This document shows positions 38,337-48,219 of a stretch of 64,000 nt of DNA, piece after piece. The notes below the pieces were generated by a model. It did not search any database and was not told the origin of the DNA. It saw only the letters and a program-made list of their open reading frames with translations. The stretch lies in IMG/VR virus record IMGVR_UViG_3300021093_000053. One strand, 5' to 3'. The stretch comes from an uncultured virus (IMG/VR IMGVR_UViG_3300021093_000053). Lineage: Duplodnaviria > Heunggongvirae > Uroviricota > Caudoviricetes. Position numbers and translations under genes: made by a program. The first letter of the stretch is position 1; the number at the start of each line of letters is the position of its first letter.

Positions 38337-39800
38337 TTATTTTTCGTTTACTATTTGAAACTTTATTTGTCTTTTATAGGTGTTCACCTCACCCGAACTC
38401 TCAACTTTTAAATCGATGAAATATTCGTTTGGTATTTTATCTCGAGTATCAAAAATAAAAAAGTACTCATTAGGTGTTCTGTTAACCATAGTCCATTGTT
38501 GTACCTCTACTTCAGTTTGACCTTCTCGAACATATACTCTATAATAAATATCAACTTTTTGTAATAATTTTTGAGTTGTAAAGGATTGTTTTACAATAAC
38601 CCCAACTTTTCTGACATCACTATTTAAAATTTTCTCATCTTGTTTGATACCATAATAGTCAAACCCGTATAATTTAGGCTCTACCGAACTTGTTCCAATT
38701 TGTATTGAGTTTTTAAATGGATATAGAGTGAAGTCATTTAGTATTGGTGAAATAAAAAAACCGTTTAATTCTAAGTTGTACCATTTATCTGAAAAAGTAC
38801 AAGGTGTTTTATAACCAACTAATGGAGGTACCACAACTTCATAGACACCATTGGTTCTTCTACATGTCGGTAGTCCCGTTAAAATTGGTGTTCCCGAATT
38901 ATCTAATATATCTACTAATGGATTTGAGTCTAAGTTAATCGGATTACCATTTTCATAGAGGTATAGATATAATTTATTTACTTTACCTAAAGTGAAAAGA
39001 TTCCTATCGTCATCAATTGAGTCATCATAATTAGTTTCTAAATGAGGTTCGTAAAACGTTTGAGTGTGTCTTGTAAAAAATTGTACTTCATAAGCATCTG
39101 ATAAACCTGTTAAATTTTCTAATTCAGGTTTAAATGCGATTCCCCATCCCGCAACATTAATTAATGAACCATCGATTATAGAATTGATTTCGTTAGTCAT
39201 ATCAAAGGCAATATTTTCATTACCAAATTCAAAATGTTGGACATCAATAATGGTTAATGCACTAAAAGGTACATTCCCTAAATTTTTATTATTATAAATT
39301 CCTGGTTCTGACCAATCATCTATTGTTGTTCTTTGGTAAAAATTTGATGGTCTATTAGAATAATTTCTATCATAATCAATCTCGTATTGTAAGTCGGCAA
39401 AATCATACCCAACCCCTTCGTCCCATAATTGAGGTGTCGATGGGTCGTCATTAATATATGGTATTCTAAATAAAATTAAGTCAAATGAGGTAGCTCTTTG
39501 TCTTGATTGTGATGTTGTGGTATTTAATAACTCAGGGTTAAAAGTTGAGGTGTTTACCATTCGTAATGTATGTTTAACACCGTCACCTACACAATTTGTG
39601 TTTATTGTACCTTCATTTATTTTTTCTAAAAGAAGAGATAAATCCAAATCAAATATAAAACGACTATATCCATTTGGAAATGTTGAGCTTGCTAGTTCAC
39701 CAAAGAATATTTCAGTAACAGGGTTTCTACCTGTATTGGTGTAACTATTGGAAATTATAGTATTGTTCCTGCTAAAATATGAATTATTTATTGACATCAA
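38337..39800 (-). CDS. Putative virion structural protein
   Basis: 487-aa beta-rich ORF downstream of a baseplate-hub-like gene. Confidence 0.55.
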   Translation of the reverse strand: MMSINNSYFSRNNTIISNSYTNTGRNPVTEIFFGELASSTFPNGYSRFIFDLDLSLLLEKINEGTINTNCVGDGVKHTLRMVNTSTFNPELLNTTTSQSRQRATSFDLILFRIPYINDDPSTPQLWDEGVGYDFADLQYEIDYDRNYSNRPSNFYQRTTIDDWSEPGIYNNKNLGNVPFSALTIIDVQHFEFGNENIAFDMTNEINSIIDGSLINVAGWGIAFKPELENLTGLSDAYEVQFFTRHTQTFYEPHLETNYDDSIDDDRNLFTLGKVNKLYLYLYENGNPINLDSNPLVDILDNSGTPILTGLPTCRRTNGVYEVVVPPLVGYKTPCTFSDKWYNLELNGFFISPILNDFTLYPFKNSIQIGTSSVEPKLYGFDYYGIKQDEKILNSDVRKVGVIVKQSFTTQKLLQKVDIYYRVYVREGQTEVEVQQWTMVNRTPNEYFFIFDTRDKIPNEYFIDLKVESSGEVNTYKRQIKFQIVNEK

Positions 39801-39819
39801 TTACTTTATTAAATAAATA

Positions 39820-41397
39820 TCAATTAATTCTGATATTTTGATTTAATATAGTATTTTCAGCATCTGCTAATAATTGGTCAATCTCAGTTGTACTCTGTAG
39901 ATTACCCGCAGCTACGGGTACAGGTGGCATTGTTGCAATAGGATGTACGTGACCTTTTATAAATAACATTATTTTTCTTAACAATGTTATTAATTCATCT
40001 CCTCTAACTGTTGGGTAAGTTTGGTTTAATATAGTTTTGGTACCTTGACCGATAAAACTATCTTGCTCTACCCCGTATAACGAATTTAATAATTTGGTAC
40101 TTTCATTACCTCTTGGTCCTTCAGAGTCTTGAGATATTAAATATAATCTTTGTGCCCCTAAAACCCCATAAGTAATAGCCGAACCCTCAAAATCAAATGG
40201 AGTAACTGTTGATGTAACAACTTCACTTTGTGGACCTAATAAGGCGTTACCATTTTTATTTTCTGAAACTAAAAAGAAACCGCTCGATACTTTACCAGGA
40301 CTTAATTTTATTTTAGTGTAAAATTTAATATAGTTATTTAATTCTGCAATATCATTATTGGTTTCCGTCGGTGAAAATTTATTTCCTTTTTGAAAAGTTG
40401 CGATTGATGGGGTTGTAATAAATGGAAATTGGTCTGTAACAACATACGTTGGGTATGGGGATACATTGACGTTAGAGGTAAAAACACCATCAATATATTT
40501 GTTTATAATAAAGACTACCTCATCAAAACTTTTATTTGTAAAACGAATTTCATTTAACAATGTATAATCGGACCCTGGACTTAATTGAGTTATTGTTTTC
40601 GCTTTGAAGTTTTTAGTGTTAACCATATCAGAATTAGGTGTCACATTGTATACACCGACACTACCGTTAAAAACATTTTGAGTATTCTCAAGATTTTCAA
40701 TATCCCAGATAACCATTTTTTTAACCACTTTAACAACCTCTTTTAAATTAACTCTAACTTCAGGTTCTAAATTTTTCTTAGTTCGACCAAAAATAGATAA
40801 TTGTAAAAATGCTCTATTAGAATTACCTACAGGTGGAAAAGTACTTTTACTTAAAGGTTCAATTACCTTACCCGCCCTAATTAGTACTGTATCTTTTTTT
40901 ACAATAACATCTGCACTACCTCTACCTAATAAACCGTTGTCTAAAGGTTCAGGAAAAATTCCATATGTTTTTGGTTTATCTCTATATGTACCATCAGGAT
41001 TTCTTAAACTACGACCCTCTTTAATTTGGTCACCAGCCGCTAAATATTTCTTCGCACCCTCATTATACTCAAACGGGCTAGTTAGTGGTGATGAAAATGG
41101 TCCTTGTATGTAGAATTGATTTTCATATAAGAATTTTTTGTTCTGATAAATAATGTGAACATATTCTTTATTTTCAGGGACTTGGCTAATATAAAAAGGT
41201 AATAAAGGTAAGAACACAAAAGGGTCTTTTGATGTCCATTCATCACCTTCTTTAAATTCTACTGCTTTTTTAGCTGATTCGTAATCAACATATGGTGCAG
41301 GTATAACTCTAAGTCTACCCAGCATCATAGGGTCCTTGTTATCATAAACAGTCCCCTCAAAAATTATTTGATACTTATTTTGTTCGGTTATTTTCAT
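39820..41397 (-). CDS. Baseplate hub/central spike-like protein (gp5-type N-terminal OB fold)
   Basis: GTVYDNKDPMMLGRLRV N-terminal motif; C-terminal VRGDEL...HVHP spike-tip motif. Confidence 0.7.
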   Translation of the reverse strand: MKITEQNKYQIIFEGTVYDNKDPMMLGRLRVIPAPYVDYESAKKAVEFKEGDEWTSKDPFVFLPLLPFYISQVPENKEYVHIIYQNKKFLYENQFYIQGPFSSPLTSPFEYNEGAKKYLAAGDQIKEGRSLRNPDGTYRDKPKTYGIFPEPLDNGLLGRGSADVIVKKDTVLIRAGKVIEPLSKSTFPPVGNSNRAFLQLSIFGRTKKNLEPEVRVNLKEVVKVVKKMVIWDIENLENTQNVFNGSVGVYNVTPNSDMVNTKNFKAKTITQLSPGSDYTLLNEIRFTNKSFDEVVFIINKYIDGVFTSNVNVSPYPTYVVTDQFPFITTPSIATFQKGNKFSPTETNNDIAELNNYIKFYTKIKLSPGKVSSGFFLVSENKNGNALLGPQSEVVTSTVTPFDFEGSAITYGVLGAQRLYLISQDSEGPRGNESTKLLNSLYGVEQDSFIGQGTKTILNQTYPTVRGDELITLLRKIMLFIKGHVHPIATMPPVPVAAGNLQSTTEIDQLLADAENTILNQNIRIN

Positions 41398-41606
41398 TTT
41401 TTAATTCTTGAGTCGTATTCTTTTTTAACCGTATTATATGTTAATTCTAACTTATCTAAATGTTGTGTTAATTTAATAACCGTTTCTTTAGTAAGATTAA
41501 AATCTTCATTAATAAAGTCCATAACAAATTGTAAATCTTTATTTGAATGTGATTTAAAATCTTTAATTATCTTTAATACCTTTTCAGCGTCTTGTTTTTT
41601 ACTCAT
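41394..41606 (-). CDS. Small coiled-coil hypothetical protein
   Basis: ORF 41394..41624; ATG41606 avoids overlap with the upstream gene. Confidence 0.7.
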   Translation of the reverse strand: MSKKQDAEKVLKIIKDFKSHSNKDLQFVMDFINEDFNLTKETVIKLTQHLDKLELTYNTVKKEYDSRIKK

Positions 41607-41607
41607 A

Positions 41608-43515
41608 TTACATTTTTTTACCAAATGAGGATGCAGGTACTGTGAGACCTGCAGGTGTTATTGCTAAGGCTCCAATCGCAACTTGTACTTTACCATTTTC
41701 AGATTCTTCTTTCGCCATGGCCTTCATTTGTGAAAATTTAGACAAAATATCTAAGTTAGGACTTCCATCAGGCATTGCACCTGTAGGAACACCTATTTTT
41801 TGTAGTTCTTCTATAGCCCCAATAAAGGCTCTAGATTCGGAATAACCATCTAATATTTGAGATGCAAATAGTAAAGGTAATGGTATTTGAATTCCCCATC
41901 CTGTACCCGCAATTTTTAACAACCATAAGATTTCATCGATGACACTCTTACACCTTCTCCAATCACTAATAAATTGAGCAACAGTTAACAATAACTGTAT
42001 TAATTTTAAAATCATTGTAATTCTTTTATCACTTTGTTCTCTGGCAATATCAGTAATTACTTGTTGAATTAAATTTCTAATGTCCCGTTTAATTAATTCA
42101 AATAACTCTTTTACGAAAATGGCACCTACTTTAGAAACTAAATTGATGACGAATTCCTTGAATAGTTTTGCAAACTCTATGTAGCTTTTTACAAGGTCCA
42201 CAATTTGATTACCAATCGATTTTAACATTATAAAAATCGGTAATAAAATTTTAGGTGATAAAAGTGAATACACAATCCCTTGAGCCATTAATTTTACAAA
42301 ATTAAGGTCTAACGCCGCATCTATATTACCTTCGATGGCTAATCCTTGCCATTGAGGGTTATTACTAATTGATTGGGTAATTGCGTCTGCGGCATTAACT
42401 AAATCACTATCAGGAACAAATTGTAAATTTTCTAACGAATCAATAATGGCGTCAGCATCTATAGGAAGTTTTACATTACCACAATCCTGATACTCAACAA
42501 CCCCATTTTTTAAATTATCAACTCTAAGGTCAATATTTCTTAAATCTATTTCAGTAAACTCGAAGAAGGAGTCATCAACTCCATCTAATTCAGCAATTTT
42601 AGCAATTCCACTAACATCAATTTCTTTTGTATTGTCAAAACAAAGACCTAAGATTCTTTGTAATATTAAAGCAAATTTACTAGCGTCGCCCGCTTGGTTA
42701 ATTCCGATATTCGCTTTAATAGATATCGCCCCCGTTAAAGATTCTATGATGTAGGCAATCATAGTTGTGAAATCAACTATTTTTATTGTTTTATAATAAT
42801 CGGCCAGAAACTCCCCAACTTTGTTAACATTATTAATTCTGTTATATAATGTTACCTTGAACCAAGGTCCTGTTTGTCCTAAATTATCCTGTTCTACATA
42901 TTGTATATCAAATAAATCTTGACCTGATTTACCAACATAATTTTGTCCGTTATCAATTGAATATGGTTGTCCACTTTGTATTCTTAGATACAATTCTTTG
43001 TTCATTGAAAATGGGTAAGTTTGTATTTGAACAGGATTTTTTTCATACATAACTTTACCAGGAGATTCAACAGGGTCTTTAATTAATAACCCTCCAATAT
43101 CTACTGAAGGTACTTTAATATATAAAACTTGAGCATCAAACGTTTGTTGTTGGTCACACCCAACCGCGGTTAAACACTCCTCTAATAAAATTTCTTGTAT
43201 CTTGGGTTCGATGTTCTTTAACGTTTTTAGTAATAAGTTTTTAATATATTTAATAGAATTACTACCTTTACCCCCTGTTAAATTGTTAATATCTAAAAGT
43301 TGCTCAAGCTGATTCTTAACTTGTTTTTCAAAACTTTTGGTTTTTTTCTTTACATCATTTAATGATGAAGTAATATCAGATTTGGTTTTTTCAAACGACT
43401 CACCTGCCTTTTTTTTCGCCTTTTTATAATCAGACTTAAGTTCTGTATACGCCTTAGTCGCAGTGATTTTGTCCTGTGCTTTCTTATAATCAGCATTTAA
43501 ATCTAATGACGCCAT
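41608..43515 (-). CDS. Hypothetical protein, possibly structural
   Basis: 635-aa ORF in a tight operon. Confidence 0.75.
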   Translation of the reverse strand: MASLDLNADYKKAQDKITATKAYTELKSDYKKAKKKAGESFEKTKSDITSSLNDVKKKTKSFEKQVKNQLEQLLDINNLTGGKGSNSIKYIKNLLLKTLKNIEPKIQEILLEECLTAVGCDQQQTFDAQVLYIKVPSVDIGGLLIKDPVESPGKVMYEKNPVQIQTYPFSMNKELYLRIQSGQPYSIDNGQNYVGKSGQDLFDIQYVEQDNLGQTGPWFKVTLYNRINNVNKVGEFLADYYKTIKIVDFTTMIAYIIESLTGAISIKANIGINQAGDASKFALILQRILGLCFDNTKEIDVSGIAKIAELDGVDDSFFEFTEIDLRNIDLRVDNLKNGVVEYQDCGNVKLPIDADAIIDSLENLQFVPDSDLVNAADAITQSISNNPQWQGLAIEGNIDAALDLNFVKLMAQGIVYSLLSPKILLPIFIMLKSIGNQIVDLVKSYIEFAKLFKEFVINLVSKVGAIFVKELFELIKRDIRNLIQQVITDIAREQSDKRITMILKLIQLLLTVAQFISDWRRCKSVIDEILWLLKIAGTGWGIQIPLPLLFASQILDGYSESRAFIGAIEELQKIGVPTGAMPDGSPNLDILSKFSQMKAMAKEESENGKVQVAIGALAITPAGLTVPASSFGKKM

Positions 43516-43516
43516 T

Positions 43517-43891
43517 TTATTTATTCATTTTATATGTGTCGTTTGGTTTAGAAATATCTTTCTCTAACAAGTTTTGTATTATATCACCATCGACATCTAA
43601 ATCGGATATTGAGAACGATTCTTTATTAGAATTACTTTTTTCCCATATACTTGCTTGTAACTTAGAGAGTGAAAGTTTTTTCTCAACACAATCGTTTATT
43701 ATTTTTTGTTGTTTTTCAATCACAGGACCAATAAGAGTCATGTCTTCAGGTTCCTTCATCATTGACAACATTTTATTCTGAATTCTAATAGCAGTGTTTC
43801 TTTGCTCAACTAATTCATTGTATATTTCTTGCATCAATGAAAGTATAGATTCTTTACTTAAATTAATTTCTTTTTTTTGAGGTCTTCCCAT
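43517..43891 (-). CDS. Hypothetical coiled-coil protein
   Basis: 124-aa ORF with TATTTAT 5 nt upstream. Confidence 0.75.
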   Translation of the reverse strand: MGRPQKKEINLSKESILSLMQEIYNELVEQRNTAIRIQNKMLSMMKEPEDMTLIGPVIEKQQKIINDCVEKKLSLSKLQASIWEKSNSNKESFSISDLDVDGDIIQNLLEKDISKPNDTYKMNK

Positions 43892-43919
43892 GTTTAATAA
43901 ATATTTTTATTTACATTTT

Positions 43920-44669
43920 TTATTTAACCATTTTCTCAACTAAATCAAGATAAATTATTTTGTATTTTTTCATTGAACTTCTAATCTCTTTTGTTGTTAG
44001 ATTAGTCATTTCTCTCAGTGAGAGTAAGATTATATTTTTATTGAATTTGTTGTTAGACGCACCTACAAAAATGTTTTCGTAATTATCGAAAATTTCGTAA
44101 AGTGCGTGACCTAGTTTAATCTCATTTTCATTTAAATTTTCTTCTTTTAAAAAAGTATCTAACTCGACTAAGAAATTTTGGATTACTTGGGCTGAATCGG
44201 GAGTGTCGTTTTCTATACTATACGAAAAATCTTCATTGTTTTCTAAATCAAAAGAAATGTCTTCATATGAAATTTTACGATTTATCTCTTTTTGGTCTTT
44301 TATTATCTGACCCATCAAATAATTCTTACAAATCGTCCCAAAATATGAGTAAGCCTTCTTTTCTTTAGAAGGTTTAAACTTATCAATTTTAGTCATTAAG
44401 AAAGAATGAGTGTCAATATGAATTTCATAAAAATCCATATCTTTACGGTATAATTTATATCTCCTAATAATAGAAGATATCATCTTATCCAAAGGTTTCC
44501 TTAAAAAGTCATTGTATATTTTATTTTTTTCTTCAAATGTCTCGGCTTGTAAAAATTCAATTACCGCCAACTCTTCACGTACATCAAAATAATTAGACTG
44601 TTTAGGTTTTCTACCTTTTCTTTTTAATTCTACATCAGTATTTCCCGATATATTTAAAGATTCAGTCAT
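43920..44669 (-). CDS. Phage sigma factor (T4 gp55-like late sigma)
   Basis: Region-2-like IDKFKPSKEKKAYSYFGTICKNYL, resembling gp55 FDP.K...FAYFT.I..N. Confidence 0.7.
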   Translation of the reverse strand: MTESLNISGNTDVELKRKGRKPKQSNYFDVREELAVIEFLQAETFEEKNKIYNDFLRKPLDKMISSIIRRYKLYRKDMDFYEIHIDTHSFLMTKIDKFKPSKEKKAYSYFGTICKNYLMGQIIKDQKEINRKISYEDISFDLENNEDFSYSIENDTPDSAQVIQNFLVELDTFLKEENLNENEIKLGHALYEIFDNYENIFVGASNNKFNKNIILLSLREMTNLTTKEIRSSMKKYKIIYLDLVEKMVK

Positions 44670-45473
44670 TTAAACTTCTTGAGCATCATATTTTATGGCT
44701 CTGTCATTGATAAAGAAATATTCTTTTTTGGCCGAATCAATCCAAAATCTAACTTCTTCTTCACTAAGTACGTTATCACCATTCTTATAATTCCAGAAAA
44801 TAGACCCTTCTCTTAAATTTGTGTGTTTATAACCTATCTTAGGAATTGACATAATTCTTATAGAATTGTGAGTCATCCTTAAAAAGAATTCATACCCAAA
44901 AGTTAATTTGAATGATGGTTTTAATAACCCAAAATTTAAAAAAGAATCCTTTTTAATAACCATTCCTGAAATTTGAAAATTTTGATAAGTTTGTAATGTG
45001 TCATTAGTTAACACACCCATTTCAGAACTAATATTTAAAGCGAATGTTGCCTCATTAGTGAACCCTGCAAATTGACCTTTTTCATCTGTATCAACCACTA
45101 TTGGTAGAAAAGACTCAACATCAGGGTACGATTCTGAATATTTTTTAACATTATTAAACCATATTTTTGAATACTCATCGTCAAATTCAAAAATTGAAAT
45201 CCATTTTGAGTTAGCATTTCTAACCCCATAATTTACCTGTTCTGAAAAATTAGGTTCTTTTGTCCATAAAACTTTATTCACTTTTAAATCTGAAAAATCA
45301 AAAGAGTCCAAATATTCAACTAATTGAGTTTCATTAGTATGTACTATAACTAATTCATTTATTTTGGTTTTTTGTATTTTTAATGATTCGATTGCTTTTG
45401 TAAAGTATTCGTCAAAACCTCTAGCACCTGAAGATTTGATAGGTAATATTACTGATACGTCAAATTTTTCCAT
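44670..45473 (-). CDS. Glycosyltransferase, GT2/GT-A fold
   Basis: VSVILPI, VNYGV...SKWISIFEFDDEY. Confidence 0.8.
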   Translation of the reverse strand: MEKFDVSVILPIKSSGARGFDEYFTKAIESLKIQKTKINELVIVHTNETQLVEYLDSFDFSDLKVNKVLWTKEPNFSEQVNYGVRNANSKWISIFEFDDEYSKIWFNNVKKYSESYPDVESFLPIVVDTDEKGQFAGFTNEATFALNISSEMGVLTNDTLQTYQNFQISGMVIKKDSFLNFGLLKPSFKLTFGYEFFLRMTHNSIRIMSIPKIGYKHTNLREGSIFWNYKNGDNVLSEEEVRFWIDSAKKEYFFINDRAIKYDAQEV

Positions 45474-45494
45474 ATTGTTTTTAATTTTAATTTT

Positions 45495-46556
45495 TTATTC
45501 TGCTGGTTGTAATTTAGATAATTGCTCTTCAAACGATATTTGACGAGATTTAAGATAGTAGTCAAATAATTTTACAGTATTCTTATTGAAATTTTCTTTA
45601 ATCTGTAATTCCCCGACAGTTTTTTTCATACCATCAAATAGAGTTTCATTTAAATTATCCTCTAACCAATTTTGTAATACATCTGCAATAAAATCTACAA
45701 TTTGGTTTTTATTGTTAATCCAAATACCATTATCTTCATTTAACCAATGAGGTAATAAATTAGGAACTAATCCTAAAACAGGTATACCTGATTTCATAGA
45801 TTCGAGAGGGAATGTCCCATAGGAACTTGTCTCATCAATCCAAACAGAAAGGAAACAATCGTTAAGTGAATTTGCAAATTCTTTTTCACTCAATCCTCTC
45901 ATATCTTTAAATGTAATCCATCTATACTGAGGAAATTTAATATAAAAAGTTTTAATTATATTTGCAGTGTCTCTTGGTTCTCTTGTATGAATAGCAATAA
46001 TTGGTTTTGGTGGTAATGTTTGATTTTTAAAATTATCAGAAATAAAAGGTTCTAACACATCAATAGATAACCCTCTCATTACGTTTGTAATATATTCTTT
46101 TTGGAATTCTGAAGTAGTAATACATTTAAAAAATCCTAATTGGTTCCATGTCTGACCTGGTTGTAAAGTCTCTAACATATGGTCATACGCTTGACAAAGA
46201 ACTATTTTACCACAAGGTAATTTAGTAATCTGACTCATTACAAATCCGTAAAGTTCAGGAATAACAATAAAGTCTTCAGGTGCGACTTGTAGATTCTGAC
46301 CCTCAATAGGTTGATGAGGTAATCTATCCATATAATCCTGACCTAACCAATTAGCAACACCTGCGTAGTCAGACTTTTCATGTAGAATTATTGGGTTGTA
46401 CCCATTATCTAATAAGGCAATACCCAAGTTATATATGTAGGATATAGATGCCTTTGCATTACCCTTAGTATCTTGTACTAATAGATAAATTTTAGATTTT
46501 TTGTTTTTTAAGTTCTCAATCGACTTTTCTAATTTTGTAATTTGTTCCTGATTCAT
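45495..46556 (-). CDS. Glycosyltransferase, GT-B-like
   Basis: DFIVIPE; YGTFPLESMKSGIPVLG donor-binding motif. Confidence 0.75.
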   Translation of the reverse strand: MNQEQITKLEKSIENLKNKKSKIYLLVQDTKGNAKASISYIYNLGIALLDNGYNPIILHEKSDYAGVANWLGQDYMDRLPHQPIEGQNLQVAPEDFIVIPELYGFVMSQITKLPCGKIVLCQAYDHMLETLQPGQTWNQLGFFKCITTSEFQKEYITNVMRGLSIDVLEPFISDNFKNQTLPPKPIIAIHTREPRDTANIIKTFYIKFPQYRWITFKDMRGLSEKEFANSLNDCFLSVWIDETSSYGTFPLESMKSGIPVLGLVPNLLPHWLNEDNGIWINNKNQIVDFIADVLQNWLEDNLNETLFDGMKKTVGELQIKENFNKNTVKLFDYYLKSRQISFEEQLSKLQPAE

Positions 46557-46557
46557 A

Positions 46558-46827
46558 TTAATATTTATTTAATAATTTTTTATTTAAAAGACTATTAAAA
46601 GCGATTTTAAACGGTATAGATAACTCATTATTTTTAATACCTAACGTTTCATCGACTTCCTCAATTTCGGTTAATAACACATCTGTTAATAATTTAACCA
46701 TATCGTATTTAACAACACTAATATGGTTTTCTGCAGAACCCGAATAATCTTTCCGGGGTTTTGCGTTTGTATACTTCTCAATAGCATCTAAATCAAGATA
46801 GTAGTGTTCATTTAAAATTTTTAACAT
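46558..46827 (-). CDS. Hypothetical protein
   Basis: 89-aa ORF within the operon. Confidence 0.75.
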   Translation of the reverse strand: MLKILNEHYYLDLDAIEKYTNAKPRKDYSGSAENHISVVKYDMVKLLTDVLLTEIEEVDETLGIKNNELSIPFKIAFNSLLNKKLLNKY

Positions 46828-47423
46828 TATAAAAACTTTTTTAGTTCATCTTCCAATTCCTTTATAGTACTAATTGTGTTAGGATGGTCGATATGTTTAT
46901 TATATTCAGTTTCGAATTTTATTAAAATTTTGTCTGAAGGATATTCTAATAATAATGATGGGTTGGATGTAAGTAAAATGTCTATTTGTTCCCACATTGA
47001 TTTTATTGTATAATTACTATAAAAAAATACTCTTTCTAATTGACATCCGAATTTTGAAAGGAAGAATAGTGAAGCTGGCTTAGACCTACCGATTTCGTCT
47101 GAAACAACTATAAAATCATGGTTATCTCTAAGATTAACATACACATCGTTTAAATCATTAAAAGTTGTATATTCAGTAGACTGAGAGTGACCAAAAATCT
47201 CCATTGGGAATTCCTCATATAAAAATGAAAATAAATCATCAGGTTCTTTAAATTTAAAGTGTTCTCCTAAATTTAATGAAGTTACAGGTAGAATCATTTC
47301 ATATTTAAAGTCTGACTCATCTTCTATCCCTTCTGTTTTTTGAATTAAGAATTTATCGTAGGTTTGTTCTATTTTACCAATCGTATTTCTTAATACACCA
47401 TTAATTTCAATCCCTATTCTCAT
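46827..47423 (-). CDS. HAD/NT5C-like fold protein with degenerate motif I
   Basis: MRIGIEINGVLRN in place of the usual RIGIDIDGVL. Confidence 0.55.
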   Translation of the reverse strand: MRIGIEINGVLRNTIGKIEQTYDKFLIQKTEGIEDESDFKYEMILPVTSLNLGEHFKFKEPDDLFSFLYEEFPMEIFGHSQSTEYTTFNDLNDVYVNLRDNHDFIVVSDEIGRSKPASLFFLSKFGCQLERVFFYSNYTIKSMWEQIDILLTSNPSLLLEYPSDKILIKFETEYNKHIDHPNTISTIKELEDELKKFL

Positions 47424-48147
47424 CTTCGTATTTTTCTAATATTTTAGCAATTAAAGGGTTTCGCACATTTTTAGCGTTTCTAAAATCGTAAACCCCGATA
47501 TCATTAATATTTTGAAATTTCTGTAATGCGTCATATAAACCTGATTGTTTTTTATCTTTGTATCTATCTGTCTGTTCCAAATCCCCAGAAATAAAGAATT
47601 TACTATTAAAACCAATCCTTGTCATTAATAATTTAATTTGGTTAGGTGTTGCGTTTTGAGCTTCCTCAAAAACTAAGATTGAGTTGTCTATATTCATACC
47701 TCTCATGTAAGCGAGTGCAAACACTTCGATAATTTCAGCCTCTTTTAATTTTTCTCTAGCGTCTTTACCAATAATTTTATTTAATAAGTAATATGAAGGG
47801 AAAATATAAGGGTCTAACTTTTCTTCTAAATTTCCTGGTAACGAACCAAGTTTTTCTTCCGCTTCTACCGCAGGTCTAACAATTATTAGTTTTTCATATG
47901 AGTTATTCGGGTCAATTAATAAATCTACCGCCGCTTTCATTGCTATATAAGATTTACCAACACCTGCAGGTCCCGAACAAATTGTAATTTGATTTTCTTT
48001 TAAAATTTTATAATACTCTTCTTGATTTGGTGATAAAAATTTATTTTTTTGTTTTTTCTTAACTACCGAATTAATGAATTCTTTTCTTGAGAATGGTTTA
48101 ACTTCAGAGTCCTCAGACAATGGAGGTTGTTTTTTTCTTTGAGTCAT
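47407..48147 (-). CDS. phoH: PhoH-family ATPase
   Basis: GPAGVGKS, RPAVEAEEKLGSLPG, LAYMRG, EEAQN, GDLEQTD, VRNPL; ATG48147 preferred. Confidence 0.95.
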   Translation of the reverse strand: MTQRKKQPPLSEDSEVKPFSRKEFINSVVKKKQKNKFLSPNQEEYYKILKENQITICSGPAGVGKSYIAMKAAVDLLIDPNNSYEKLIIVRPAVEAEEKLGSLPGNLEEKLDPYIFPSYYLLNKIIGKDAREKLKEAEIIEVFALAYMRGMNIDNSILVFEEAQNATPNQIKLLMTRIGFNSKFFISGDLEQTDRYKDKKQSGLYDALQKFQNINDIGVYDFRNAKNVRNPLIAKILEKYEDENRD

Positions 48148-48219
48148 ATTTTTAATTATATTTATAAAAATATATTTTATTTTTAACAAATGTGAATACG
48201 AAAATTATTTACGTATATA

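Noticed and set aside
43517..43891. Terminase small subunit call
   Set aside because: Size and coiled-coil character are compatible, but no recognisable motif and it is distant from the large subunit; left as hypothetical
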